A DNA stretch of 64,000 nucleotides from the human T2T-CHM13v2.0 reference genome, Homo sapiens (GCF_009914755.1 NC_060929.1), one strand, 5' to 3'. Positions 1 through 11,771 are shown, numbered from the stretch's first letter. Made by a program: numbers and translations. The notes: generated by a model not told the origin, from the letters alone.

Positions 1-117
1 TCCCTGCACGATTAAACACCAAGGGAAGACTGTCTTCCTGAGTCCATGACCGGTGCCAGAGTTTTGGGTTCATGGATAAAACGCGTCTCCTTAGTGTCTA
101 CCAGAAAAGGAAAGAAA

Positions 118-171
118 CTCCCCTCTGTCTTTGCTCTCCCCTCTGTCTTTGCCCTCCCCTCAGTCTTTGCT
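118..171. repeat. 18-bp tandem repeat x3 (CTCCCCTCTGTCTTTGCT)
   Basis: Units at 118-135, 136-153 and 154-171, one mismatch each in units 2 and 3. Confidence 0.95.
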
Positions 172-467
172 CTTGCTCCTGGTGGTCTGCCTGACATCTG
201 AGCTTCAGCCTCCATTTATGCACTGACAACTCCCAAATTAAGAGAAGGGAGAAATTTAAGTGTGGCGCCAAGATTGAAAGGAGAAAGAGGTTGAGGGATA
301 GTGAGAGAGGTTGGAGAAGAGAGTAAAGAGAGGCTGCTTAGCAGTGTTAAAGTTGGTGAGATGTTCCTTGGGCTGGTCAGTCTGAGGACCCGAGGTCGTA
401 GGTGGATCTTTCTCGTGGAGCAAAGAGCAGGAGGACAGGGGATTGATCTCTCAAGGGAGGTCCGCTG

Positions 468-485
468 ATCTGAGTCACGGCACCA
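468..485 (-). other. Retroviral primer-binding site, tRNA-His
   Basis: Minus strand TGGTGCCGTGACTCAGAT, 17/18 match to the His PBS TGGTGCCGTGACTCGGAT, just after the LTR end. Confidence 0.92.
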
Positions 486-488
486 AAA

Positions 489-889
489 TTTCACTCACGT
501 CCGTGTGAAGAGACCACCAAACAGGCTTTGTGTGAGCAACAAGGCTGTTTATTTCACCTGGGTGCAGGCAGGCTGAGTCTGAAAAGAGTCAGTGAAGGGA
601 GATAGGGGTGGAGCCGTTTCATAAGATTTGGGTAGGTAAAGGAAAATTACAGTCAAAGAGGGGTTGTTCTCTGGCGGGCAGGGGTGGGGGGTCACAAGGT
701 GCTCAGCAGGGGAGCTTTTGAGCCAGGATGAGCCAGGAGCAGGAATTTCACAAGGTAATGTCATCAGTTAGGGAAGGAACAGGCCATTTTCACTTCTTTT
801 GTCATTCTTCAGTTACTTCAGGCCATCTGGATGTATACGTGCAGGTCACAGGGGATATGAAGGCTTAGCTTGGGCTCAGAGGCCTGACA
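489..889 (-). mobile_element. LTR7 (HERV-H 5' LTR)
   Basis: Minus strand begins TGTCAGGCCTCTGAGCCCAAGCTAAGCC; AATAAA at 548-553; ends ...CTCTTCACACGGACGTGAGTGAAA before the PBS. Confidence 0.95.
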
Positions 890-1661
890 AGCAGATAATT
901 CCTATTCTCCAGGCCCTCCCTGCTTCATGGGTGCAAGCCACTTTGGCACACGTGGCGGTGCCTGCCAAGGTTGCCAGGACTCGGGGATGCAAGGATGGAA
1001 GAGGGAAAAAGGATGCTTTTTCCTCTCTCCCTCATGTATCTTGGGTATCAGCTAGGAAGAGAAGGGAACCAGGGATCCCTGCTTCCCTCTTTCTAGATGC
1101 GTGGCCAACCACTGGGACTCCTTTGAAAAGTGCCTTCTTTTCCCTTTCTCCTCCTTTGTTCAGTTAGGTAATTTTGTTTCCATACTGCAGGACACTCCCT
1201 TCAGATGCATCCTCCAAACTGGAAAGAGTTAATTTCCTAAACCTTCAACTGGTTGGCTTAGGATTGGGCTCAGGGGAAGGGAACCCAGAAACTCAACATG
1301 CCGGCAAAAGGGTAAAGATTTTTTGCCAATTGGTCTTTTGGCCTGTCTCTCCCTGTGCAAACTGGTAAAAGGCCTTGGAATTTTTTAGCTGTCCTTACCC
1401 CTCCCCCTTGTTTCATTTTGATGCATGTCTTCTAATAACCCTGTTTTTCTGTTCTTGCCTTCAGGCCATCAAATTCCAAACAGGCAACCAGAGCCTCTGA
1501 AGATGGCCCCTTCTTCTGGGGATCCTCACATAGGCCTCGGAGGAAGCTCTGACTGCCGTTTCCCCAAAACAGCGCCCCCGTCTGCAGAAAGTGGTTAAGA
1601 TTGGTCTTAGTCCTTATCCTTAATCTAACGGGAGTTAGATATACTTCTTTAGACGGGGGAA
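890..1661 (+). mobile_element. ERV1 internal remnant (MER61-int-like), ending in a polypurine tract
   Basis: ERV 3'-type sequence ending AGACGGGGGAA directly before the TG of the next LTR. Confidence 0.7.
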
Positions 1662-1994
1662 TGAGACAGCCAGGTGGGAGGGGGTCCCTGGAGAAACTCC
1701 AACCAGCCTGTCTACTGAGGTGGAGCCTGGGAAGTTTGAGCCCTTTGCAGTAGGGAGGAGCTGGCCTTGCCTCTTCCTGTGTGGAACCTGGGATTCGGAC
1801 GTCGGGCGGGAAGTGCTCTAGCAGGGGACTCTGGACTTGCGGAGGACCCCTGTTCCCCCCCTCATTTTTCCCTGTTTCACCCAATAAAACCCTGCTTTAC
1901 TCACCCTTTAAACCATCTGCGAACCTAAATTTTTGTTGTCGCGGGATGGACAAGAACACTGTCTTTAGCTAAACTAAGGAAAAGACCTGTAACA
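1662..1994 (+). mobile_element. MER61-type 3' LTR
   Basis: TGAGACAGCCAGGTGGGAGGGGGTCCCTGGAGAAACTCC...CCAATAAAACCC...GTAACA; TG/CA termini; preceded by a PPT. Confidence 0.8.
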
Positions 1995-2142
1995 CCTTAC
2001 AGGGAGCAAGTTTGTTTTCCAGATGGAAAACACTGTGCACAATTGCGTGCCTCACACAGGTGTCTCATCTTCTCTTTATAGGTTAACACCTAAAGGAGAT
2101 AATTACTTAAAATCCATCATTCATTCGTGATGTTCCTTCTCA

Positions 2143-2444
2143 TTTTATTATTTATTTATTTATTGACATGGATTCTTGCTCTGTCGCTCTGTCTGGAGTG
2201 CAGTGACTCGATCTCAGCTCACTGCAACGTCTGCCTCCCAGGTTCAAGCGAGTCTCCTGCCTCAGACTCCTGAGTAGCTGGGACTACAGCCACCATGCCC
2301 TGCTAATTTTTGTATTATTTTTTGGTAGAGATGGAATTTCATTATGTTGGCCACGCTGGTCTCGAACTCCTGACCTCAGGTGATCTGTCTGCCTCAGCCT
2401 CCCAAAGTGCTGGGATTACTGATGTAAGCCACTGCGCATGGCCG
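2143..2444 (-). mobile_element. Alu (S-type)
   Basis: T-rich tail followed by the reverse complement of an Alu body. Confidence 0.95.
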
Positions 2445-2491
2445 CCTTCCCATTTTAGAGAACAGATAACATCACTGAAGAATGCTGACAG

Positions 2492-2983
2492 TACAGGGAA
2501 GGAAAAAAACCTTTCCCCCTACCGCCTAAGTCAGGCCCTGTAAATCTGACTCACAAAAGACAGATTAACATGAGAAAAAAATAAGTTTATTTAATGTAAG
2601 TTTTATATGACACGGGTCTTTATAAGGAAATGAAGACTTGAAGAAACAGTTAAGCCTTCTCACTTTCATACTAGATTTGATGTGCAGAAAGTCATGGAAA
2701 AACATGACAGGACAAAAGCTTTTGGGCTAAGGTTAATAACCTGGTGGAAACTTAGGAAGGCCTGTTCATTACTTTCCTCGTGGCATCCCTCCATCTTCAG
2801 AGATAGGAGTGCTCATTTTCTGGGAGTACAGGGAGGGCTCCTCTCACAGGAGGGTTCTGTGATCTGCTTCAGGGAAAAGAGGGAGGTCAGTCCTTTCAAC
2901 ACCTGCCATTTCTCAAATTCTGTTTAGAATATGCAGTATGTCAAGTTACCAAATTTGGGGGCAACATATTCTGAACCTCATCA
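2492..2983 (-). mobile_element. Solo LTR, MER34/MER92-like (ERV1)
   Basis: Minus start TGATGAGGTTCAGAATATGTTGCCCCCAAA; ACAG flanks both ends (TSD). Confidence 0.75.
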
Positions 2984-3982
2984 ACAGATAAAGCAGAAGT
3001 TACTTAAAGTGACTCTCCCAGCTTACTTTAGCTTTGTCTTAAGAATCAGCTGCAAAGACATCATCAACCGAAAAGCAAATATTCAATCAATAAGTTTCAA
3101 AGAAGTTTAAAACAAGAAAAAAATAATGGTGAGGGTGTTCCCTAAATAAACAGGAGTTTCCCATTTGCCTAATTTGTTTCAAATTCTCTAAGGTGAGAAT
3201 ATAAGTTTCCCCCTCACTGCTTCATTATGCGGGTTACTACAGGAAGTCCTGCATCTTACTGTTAATTTGCTGATGTTAAATTAGCACTTATATGTCTCTT
3301 TCTTTGTAACTTTAACAGAAATAATCATCACGTGGAATTTTAGGTCATTGTTGTTTGAACTGTTTGTTTAAATTTAGGAATATTTTACCTTAAACTCTGG
3401 TCCTACTAGTGGGCCTATTCTTAGTATCGTTTGGCTTTTGTGTGTTGACCAAACCTGTATAAACTAAGTAAGTTTTATAGCTGAAAGTGTGCTTTCCAAA
3501 GTCAATTACTCTAGATTTTTCCCTACTAATATTTATATGACTTTGGAAATTTTACTCTTCAAAAGTACAGATTCATAAAAGAATCCCAGGGTTTGTTCTG
3601 GGAGACATGGCACGTCAAAACCTGTCTCGTCAAGTTACCCACTTACCTGTTACCCCATATAATGCCCACAGAAATATGCCATGTGAAGCCACTAGGATTA
3701 TTTTTACTTTAGGTCTTCAAGACAAATTTATATTTTGTGGCTATGAAGAAAGTTAATGTTCCATCCATCTGTTCTTCCTGGCTAACCTGCTGTTCCTTCC
3801 CAAATACCTATGCCTGATTTTCAAGAGCCTTTACTACAAGTGCTCAGTTTTTGTGGGGAAAATAGCTTTTCAGAGAGTGGTGGAACAAAAAGATAATGTA
3901 TTAATCATTACAAAGTAGTTCTCCTTAACTTTGTCCAGGTTAACATCAGATTTGTCTTTTGAAAGAGCATCTCTCAACCTAG

Positions 3983-5316
3983 TGTGTCTGGAATTGGTGG
4001 GTTCTTGGTCTCGCTGACTTCAAGAATGAAGCCGCGGACTCTCGCAGTGAGTGTTACAGTTCTTAAAGATGGTGTGTCCGTAGGTTCTTCCTTCTGGTGG
4101 GTTCGTGGTCTCGCTGGCTTCAGGAGTGAAGCTGCATACCTTCGCGGTGAGTGTTACAGTTCTTAAAGGCGGCGTGGACCCAAAAAGTGAGCAGCAGCAA
4201 AATTTATTGGGAAGAGCGAAAGAACAAAACAAAGCTTCCACAGTGTGGAAAGGGACCCGAGTGGGTTGCCGCTGCTGGCTTGGGCAGCCTGCTTTTATTC
4301 CCTTATCTGACCCCACCCACATCCTGCTGATTGGTCCATTTTACAGAGAGCTGATTGGCCCATTTTACAGAGAGCTGATTGGTCCATTTTCACAGGGTGC
4401 TGATTGGTGCATTTACAAACCTTGAGCTAGACACAGAGTGCTGATTGATGCATTTACAGTCCTTTAGCTAGACACAAAAGTTCTCCAAGTCCCCACTAGA
4501 TTAGCTAGACACAGCACTGATTGGCGCATTTACAATCCCTTAGCTAGACACAAAAGTTATCCAAGTCCCCACTACATTAGCTAGACACAGAGCACTGATT
4601 GGTGTGTTTACAAACTTTGAGCTAGACACAGAGTGCTGATTGGTGCATTTATAAACCTTTAGCTAGACATAAAAGTTCTCCAAGTCCCCACCCAACTCAG
4701 GAGCCCAGCTGACTTCACCTAGTGGATCCCACACTGGGGCCACGGGTGGAGCTGCCCGCCAGTCCTGCGCCACGCGCTCACACTCCTCAGCCCTTGGGCG
4801 GTTGATGGGACCGGGCGCTCTGGAGTATGGGGCGGCGCCCATTGGGGAGGCTCGGGCCATGTGGGGGCCCACGGGGTAGGGGTATAGGGCATGGCGGGCT
4901 GCAGGTCCTGAGCCCTGGCCCATGGGGAAGCAGCTGAGGCCTGGCAAGAATTCAAGCACGGCGCACGTGGGCTGGCAGTGCTGGGGGACCTGGTGCACCC
5001 TCCGCAGCTGCTGGCCCGGGTGCTAAGCCCCTCACTGCCCAGGGCCACTCTGAGTGTGGGGCCTGCCGAGTCCACCACCACCAGGAACTCATGCTGGCCT
5101 GTGAGCGCCGGGCAGAGCCCCGGTTTCTGTCCGCCCCTCTCCCTCCACACCTTCCTGCAAGCAGAGGGAGGCTGGCTCTGGCCTCAGCCAGCCCAGAGTG
5201 GGGCTCCTACAGTGCGGCGGTAGGCTGAAGGGCTCCTCAAGTGCGGCCAGAGTGGATGCCGAGGCCAAGGAGGTGCCGAGAGTGAGCGAGGGCTGCTAGC
5301 ACATTGTCACCTCTCA
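3983..5316 (-). mobile_element. Solo LTR12 (ERV9; D/E-like subtype)
   Basis: Minus start TGAGAGGTGACAATGTGCTAGC; GC-rich U3; tandem CTGATTGG repeats; U5 repeats GTGAGTGTTACAGTTCTTAAAG; CTAG TSD at 3979-3982 and 5317-5320. Confidence 0.96.
4325..4650 (-). promoter_or_regulatory. LTR12 CCAAT (NF-Y) box array / promoter-enhancer repeats
   Basis: Seven CTGATTGG copies plus one mutated CTGATTGA within tandem subrepeats. Confidence 0.75.
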
Positions 5317-5382
5317 CTAGGGGAGTTGGGCCAAATTGACAATGGGGGTGGGCAAGCAAAAAATGAACATATTAATGTTGGG

Positions 5383-5689
5383 TTTTTTATTTGTCTGTTT
5401 GTTTTTGAGGTAGGGTCTCACTCTGTCAGCCAGGCTGGAGTGTATAGTAGCATGATCATAGCTCACTGCAGCCTCGACCTCCCAGGCTCAAGTGATCCTT
5501 CCACCTCAGTCTCCCGAGTAGCTGGGACTACAAGCATGCACCACAATGCCTATCTAATTTCTGTATTTTTTGGGAAGACAGGGTTTCACCATGTTGCCCA
5601 GACTGGTCTCAAACTCCCAGGCTCAAGTGATCCTCCTGCCTTGGCCTCCCAAAGTGCTGGGGCTACAGGCATGAGCCACTGTACCTGGT
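5383..5689 (-). mobile_element. Alu (J-type)
   Basis: Diverged Alu, reverse complement. Confidence 0.93.
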
Positions 5690-6042
5690 GTGTTGTTAAT
5701 TGGAACGCCATTAGGCTGAGATGCCTTCTGTACCTTGGGTTCCTAGGTAAAAAAACCAAAACCCAATTCAACGTAAACAATAAATGAAACTTAAACCTAA
5801 CCAATCAAAAACTGCCAACTAACCTCTAACTAGGATTCCAAATAAGGCAAATGCCTACCTGTAGCCAATCAAATAATTTGTTTACTCTGCCTCTGAGCTC
5901 AGCCTATAAAATCCTGCCACTCATGTTGCTGAAGCAGAGCTCTCTGAACCTCTTCCAGGTTTGAGTGGTGTCTGGTTCATAAATCTTTAATGTTCATATA
6001 AACTGTGTTAAATGTATTTTGTCTAAAGTTTTTCTTTTAAGA
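5690..6042 (+). mobile_element. LTR, MER72/LTR47-like
   Basis: GCCATTAGGCTGAGATG...CCAAT boxes, CCTATAAAA, ends TTTTCTTTTAAGA; similar to recalled consensus. Confidence 0.6.
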
Positions 6043-6043
6043 G

Positions 6044-6541
6044 TGCTAAAGAAAAAAGTATTGTGACTTGTTAAAACAATAAGGTAGACTTTAGTCAGGA
6101 CTATTGCAATAGATGTAGGGATTATTGCAATAGATGTAGGGACTGCTATGGGGTTTTGCAGTGGGGAAATGAGATTGGCTTCAACTCCACATACAACAAA
6201 ACAGAGTGGGAATTTACAGCGAAGGAGTAGAGGTAGGGGAGGAAGGGGTTCTGTATAGAAAATTGTTATGAGGGTAGGCTAATTTTTGCTAAACTGCCCT
6301 AACAGGATTCTTGCTGAAGTCAGGCCAGGGTGATCAGACACCATCTGGAAAATGATGGGGAATGAGGAATTTGGTCAGATTATAGAGGGTTATCAGATAT
6401 CAAGGGTGAAAGATTCTGGCTGAACTGACTTGATAGAATTCTTGCTAAAACTGGGCTCCTGAGGGCATGCCCAGCGACAGGGCCTAATTGAAAAATAGAG
6501 CTCAAAGGAGCCACACTTGGTCAAGGAGGTAGTCTTTGTCA
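6044..6541 (-). mobile_element. MER31 LTR
   Basis: Minus start TGACAAAGACTACCTCCTTGACCAAG. Confidence 0.75.
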
Positions 6542-6629
6542 TTAGCACATTTTGAAATACCAATTTGCCTGTTATGTCAATGATAAATGTGGTGTCTTTC
6601 TCAGAAACTGGAGCAATATAAAGAAACAT

Positions 6630-6945
6630 GAGCAGGTGCTGTAGCTCATGCCTGTAATCCTAGCATTTTGGGAAGCTGAGGCAGGGTGATTTCTTGAGCC
6701 CAGGAGTTCGAGAGCAGCCAGAGCAACATAGTGAGACCTTGTCTCTACAAAAAAATTAAAAATTAGCTGGGTGTGGTGGTGCACACCTGTAATCCCAGCT
6801 ACTCAGGAGGCTGAAGCAGGAGGATCACTTGAGCCCAGAAGTTTGAGGCTGCAGTGTGGTGTAATCACACTACTGCACTCTATCCTGTGCAACAGAGTGA
6901 GATCCTGTCTCAAAAAACAAAATCAAAAGCAAAAAAACAAAGAAA
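6630..6945 (+). mobile_element. Alu (J-type)
   Basis: Dimeric Alu with A-rich tail. Confidence 0.93.
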
Positions 6946-7302
6946 TATAAATGGCTCTTACCCCTTTTTAAAAATGAGTTTTGGAATTTTCTCATTTTAA
7001 TACAATGAACACACATTACTCTCACAATAGCAAATGTTAGGAACAATCTTTTTTCTTCACAAATGGAAAGCTTTTGTCAAAGAACCATCTTTAAAAGCAA
7101 AATATGTTTAAGAAAAACAGCAACAACTTCCCAAGAAAAGCTTTCGGTCTTCAATTCTACGTCTCATCCCATTTCTCTTATAATTTTTGCACATTGATAG
7201 GAATAATTTTTGAAAGGTGATAGGATGAGAAAGTGGATAAGAGTATGAAAATTCTGGAAGATATGTATTTACTTTTTTAAAGAAAAAAATAGTATGGAAT
7301 AT

Positions 7303-7615
7303 AGGTGGGGCACGGTGGCTCATGCCTATAATCTCAGCACTTTGGGAAGCCAAGGTGGGAGCATCACTTGAGCCTACAAGTTTGAGAACAACCTGGGCAA
7401 CATGGCGGAAACCCCATCTCTCCAAAAAATACAAAAATTAGCCGGGCGTGGTGGCATGCGCCTGTCGTCCCAGCTACTTGAAGGGCTGAGGTAGGAGGAT
7501 CCTTTGAGCCTGGGAAGCGAACGTTGCAGTGAGCCATTTTGCCACATGCACTCCAGCCTGGGTGACAGAGTGAGACCCTGTCTCAAAAAAGAAAAAAAGG
7601 AAAGAAAAAAGAAAT
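7303..7615 (+). mobile_element. Alu (J-type)
   Basis: Dimeric Alu; 16-bp TSD AAAATAGTATGGAATA at 7286-7301 and 7616-7631. Confidence 0.95.
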
Positions 7616-10270
7616 AAAATAGTATGGAATAGAGCCTCAAGTGTTCGCAGGGGACCATCTCTCTAACTGACGTGCAGAACAGGCTTAGCCATGCGAAATA
7701 GATGTGAGTTCAGATCCCAGACAAGACATCAAGGTTAGTTACAGGAGAGTGTCGGGAGGAGGATTCAAGGAAGAACTCAGAGTGGCCAGAATGCTTGTTT
7801 AAAGAGGAGCAGAAATTATCTGATAAACTGCGTAAACTGCTTGTCAGCTTTACAATGTAAATGAAACTATTAGCAAGGTGAAAAGCTGACATCTGCTTGC
7901 AGGACAAATCAAGTCAAATAATTATTTTTTAGATTCACTTATGCTAGAAAGCAGACGTTTACTTCCTAGTCTCTAATACTGACCAAGTCACCACACCCTC
8001 TTGGAATGTTTACTGGGGCTGAGTGAGTGGAAAGTGAGGGATGGGAGGAGGAAGGGGGATGGGAGGCTGACAGTCTCTCAGCATTGCCTTCAGGCTTTCT
8101 GTTAGTATTACCAGACATTTGAAATGGGTGACACAATGAGGATTTACACAGAAGGAAGAACTGTTTGCTTCTCTCTAGGCCGCAGAAGCTTCTGTATCTC
8201 AAAATTATTATTCCAAAATGATTTTGCTTTCCATTTACCCACAAGGACCTGACCCAAAAGGTATTTAGTTTTCAAATGAGCATACAAATAATTCAAAACA
8301 AAACAAGCTCTTAACAACAACAACAAAACCTTATTTAAAATCCCTGGAAGGCATCTAGTGAGAGCAGTATGTGACTGACGTGGTAAATTAGGCCTGCTGG
8401 AGAAAAAAATCAAGACAAAATATGGATTCATTGTTATTTTGAAAGGCAGCCATCTTTCCAAGAGAATGTGTACACCACATTTTATTAAGAAATTACATCT
8501 TTCCCCATATTTTCCTTTTCTCTTTCACATGCTGGCAATGGCAAGCAGGTTGAGCAGATGTGATAAAAGAATTAATACCAGTCTTGGGAACACGTAGACG
8601 AAATATTTCTTTTGAAATACCTACCTTTAAATTCCATTAGTTCAATCTGATACTGAAAGAGCCTGGATTAGGGAAATGATTTACACAGCACAGGTTGTTT
8701 GTCCAGACTTAGAGCCCTTTTGTAATATGAAAAACGTGAAGATGAATTTAATATTTCTCCAATGAATTGGCACAGGGTTTAAAATCTTGCTTTGACTGAG
8801 ATAATTGCGTTTGTTTTAGTGTTAATAAATTCACCTCGGTGAGAATTTTTCTTTTTTTTTCTTCTAGATTCATTCATAGCTGCTACACATTCATCTCTAT
8901 ATAAAACCTACTCTCCCCTCTGAAAAAGCAGCATAACCAGTCAACGAACAAGTATATAGGATTAGCACATTATGAAGAATAAACAGAAGCTTTCAGCTCT
9001 CTGTCATGGATGATATTTATCACATTTTCCACGACTGGCTCTAATAACAGTGCAGAGATAAAATAGGCTTGATGCATCTTTCCTGTACAGAGAATTTTAC
9101 AACAGCAACTGTAAGAAATTCAGGAGATGAAACACTTCTCCCCTCTTGCAGTTTTTATTAGTCTTAAAAATGGGAGGTGGGTGTGTGGGGGAGACTGTTT
9201 CTACAAAAGTGGGCTTGAATTTTCTGTCTGTTATGCTAATGTATTCATAGAAAAAGCTGGTGCTGAGGGCGGTTCTCCAATTAAGACAAATGAGGCACAT
9301 TGAATTTCTCCCCCAGGGCACAGCAGGGGTGCTGGCAAAATCTACTTTATTCTTTTCTGTCAGGACTGAACTGGAAACAAAAGCATGAAAATTCAACACA
9401 TCCACTTACAGAATAATAAAGGCTGTTGTTTAAAGCGTGAAGAGTTTTGGCACCCTTCTGGGGCCTTATGCAAATCGCTCTTCCTCTCAACTGCTACCAC
9501 ACCATCGGTCTTGGAAATTAAAGATGTACTTGGTCGGTTAACAGCTGAAAGGAGAAGAGCAGCCTGAAACTCAATTAGATTTGTATTAAGCAAATAAATC
9601 AGGACTGACTGATATTGGCTAAACTAAAATGCATTATGGGCTGACAGTAATTCTAATTTGATGGACAAATATATGTAGTGTGTTATTAACCTAAATGAAA
9701 GATGAGAATCCTTTTTTTTTCTTTTTAAAGGATTTTGTTCTAGTAAACAATCCGCTCTCCCTCTGAACTTACACAAAACAATAAACAGAGACTACTGGTA
9801 TGGTTCTGTTTACAATCCATGCTCAAGAACACAGGAAATCTATTTTCTATTACGTGGTTAGAGTTTGAGACAAAATTATTGTGCTGAAAGACATTTGTTT
9901 TTATCGATTTATTTGGTGTAATGTAACATCTCAACACATTATTTATTTGGTACACCAAGCACGCTATTTTTATTATGGTGACTAACACAAAAGCATAGAC
10001 CTGGTATATGTCTCATTATTTATTCGGAACCCTGTAGTATAGGAGGCTTTTCCACACCAGGGCACATACAAAGGGGCCTCAAATATGGTTCAAAGTCATA
10101 AATGAAGATTTCAATAAAATCCTCCAAAGCTTTGAGGAAAACAAAAAACACTCAACAAATAGCATAAACGTGTTGGTGTGTGTGGTTGGATAAGACATTT
10201 CCTTTGAAAGAAGAGTTTTGGGAGTTTCAACTTACTTCCTTGTCTTTGCTGTTTACACCTTTAGAACTTA

Positions 10271-10585
<315 letters not shown>

Positions 10586-11457
10586 CTTACAGAGATTTAG
10601 GTCATTACATTTAACATCCTGCTAAGTTAATAATTAACTAGTAACTTAATACTTTTGCTTTGGTTGTAACTATGTTCTATTTTCGTCACCTTTTCCTTCT
10701 GGCTATCAGATTAAAGACTCATTGACTCACTGTTGTCTTTCAATTATCTTTCCTTCTACATTTCCTACCTGGCTCTTCTTGCCAAATCCTGCTGCGTTTT
10801 GCTCTGCATAGGTGCCAGAAATTGTCTATTTCTCCCCTTCAAAACTTGTCCAAACCTTTGCCCCTGTGTGGGCAGCTTCCTGCCGCAGCTCTTGCCAGTA
10901 CCTGTTCTCATATCTCCTTGTTGGGGCTCAGAAAGCAACACCCCAAAACATGGTGCTTTGGCACTGCTGAGCACTTTGAACTGGAGATCAGAAGGCCTTA
11001 GAAGCTGCTTCAGAAGCAAAATCTCTGACCTTCTCCTGTTCTCTCGTCCTCTCCCTCTCCTTCTCCTCCAAAACAAGTTATAGAGTCTAGAATTTCTCTT
11101 CCCCAAGGCAGGTTATAGAAACTAGATCTCCTCTCCCCAAAAAGCAAGCCATAAAGAAGACCCTCATTCCAAAGGAGTCCTTCCCTGTAGCCAGGAGGAA
11201 GGAATGCCACACAGAGAGGCCAAGGTGAATTGGAACAGACAGGGATTGCTGGGTTTTCACCCCTACAGTCTATTACCACTAGATCATTCCCTTTGTCCAG
11301 TCACATTTCTACGTGGCTGTCTATTCTTCATTGAATCTAAGCATAAAAACAGACAATTTTCCCTCAGTCTTTGACTCCTCATATCTCAAAGTTTGAGATA
11401 TGAAGACTCAATCTTTGTCATGTAAAACTTGATTATATCAAGTAACTTTGTTATGCC

Positions 11458-11748
11458 TTTTTTTTTTGAGTTGGAGTCTCGCTGTGTCGCGCAGGCTGGA
11501 GTGCTGTGGCGCGATCTCGGCTCACTGCAAGCCTCGCCTCCCAGGTTCACGCCATTCTCCTGCCTCACCTCCCGAGTAGCTGGGACTACAGGCACCCGCC
11601 ACCACACCTGGCTAATTTTTTTGTATTTTTAGTAGAGACGGGGTTTCACTGTGTTAGCCAGTGTGGTCTCGATCTCCTGACCTCATGATCCGCCCGCCTT
11701 GGCCACCCAAAGTGCTGGGATTACAGGTGTGAGCCACTGTGCCCAGCC
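11458..11748 (-). mobile_element. Alu (Y/Sc-type) inside MER39
   Basis: Young-type diagnostics (CACTGCAAG, GTGTTAGCCAG, TCGATCTCCTGACCTC); TSD TGTTAYGCCTTTT. Confidence 0.93.
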
Positions 11749-11771
11749 TGTTACGCCTTTTTCTGGTTAAG

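Larger units (their letters stand above)
1..488 (-). mobile_element. HERV-H internal 5' leader; provirus continues beyond the left edge of the window
   Basis: Follows LTR7 and a tRNA-His PBS; minus-strand text such as CTTTGCTCCACGAGAAAGATCCACCTACGACCTCGGGTCCTCAGAC and GGAGACGCGTTTTATCCATGAACCCAAAACTCTGGCACCGG matches the recalled HERV-H leader. Confidence 0.93.

Noticed and set aside
216-1972. ORFs of 60-150 aa in the ERV region
   Set aside because: They lie in LTR/leader sequence, with no gag, pol or env motifs recognisable
4325-4690. Regularly spaced repeats superficially like a CRISPR array
   Set aside because: Spacers are themselves repeated; these are LTR12 U3 subrepeats in eukaryotic DNA
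3984-5223. Several overlapping 60-143 aa ORFs and a CpG-island-like stretch
   Set aside because: Intrinsic to the GC-rich LTR12; not a host gene or host CpG island
5326-5787. Longest ORF (153 aa) and other ORFs containing ...[10 protein letters not shown]...
   Set aside because: Antisense Alu translations
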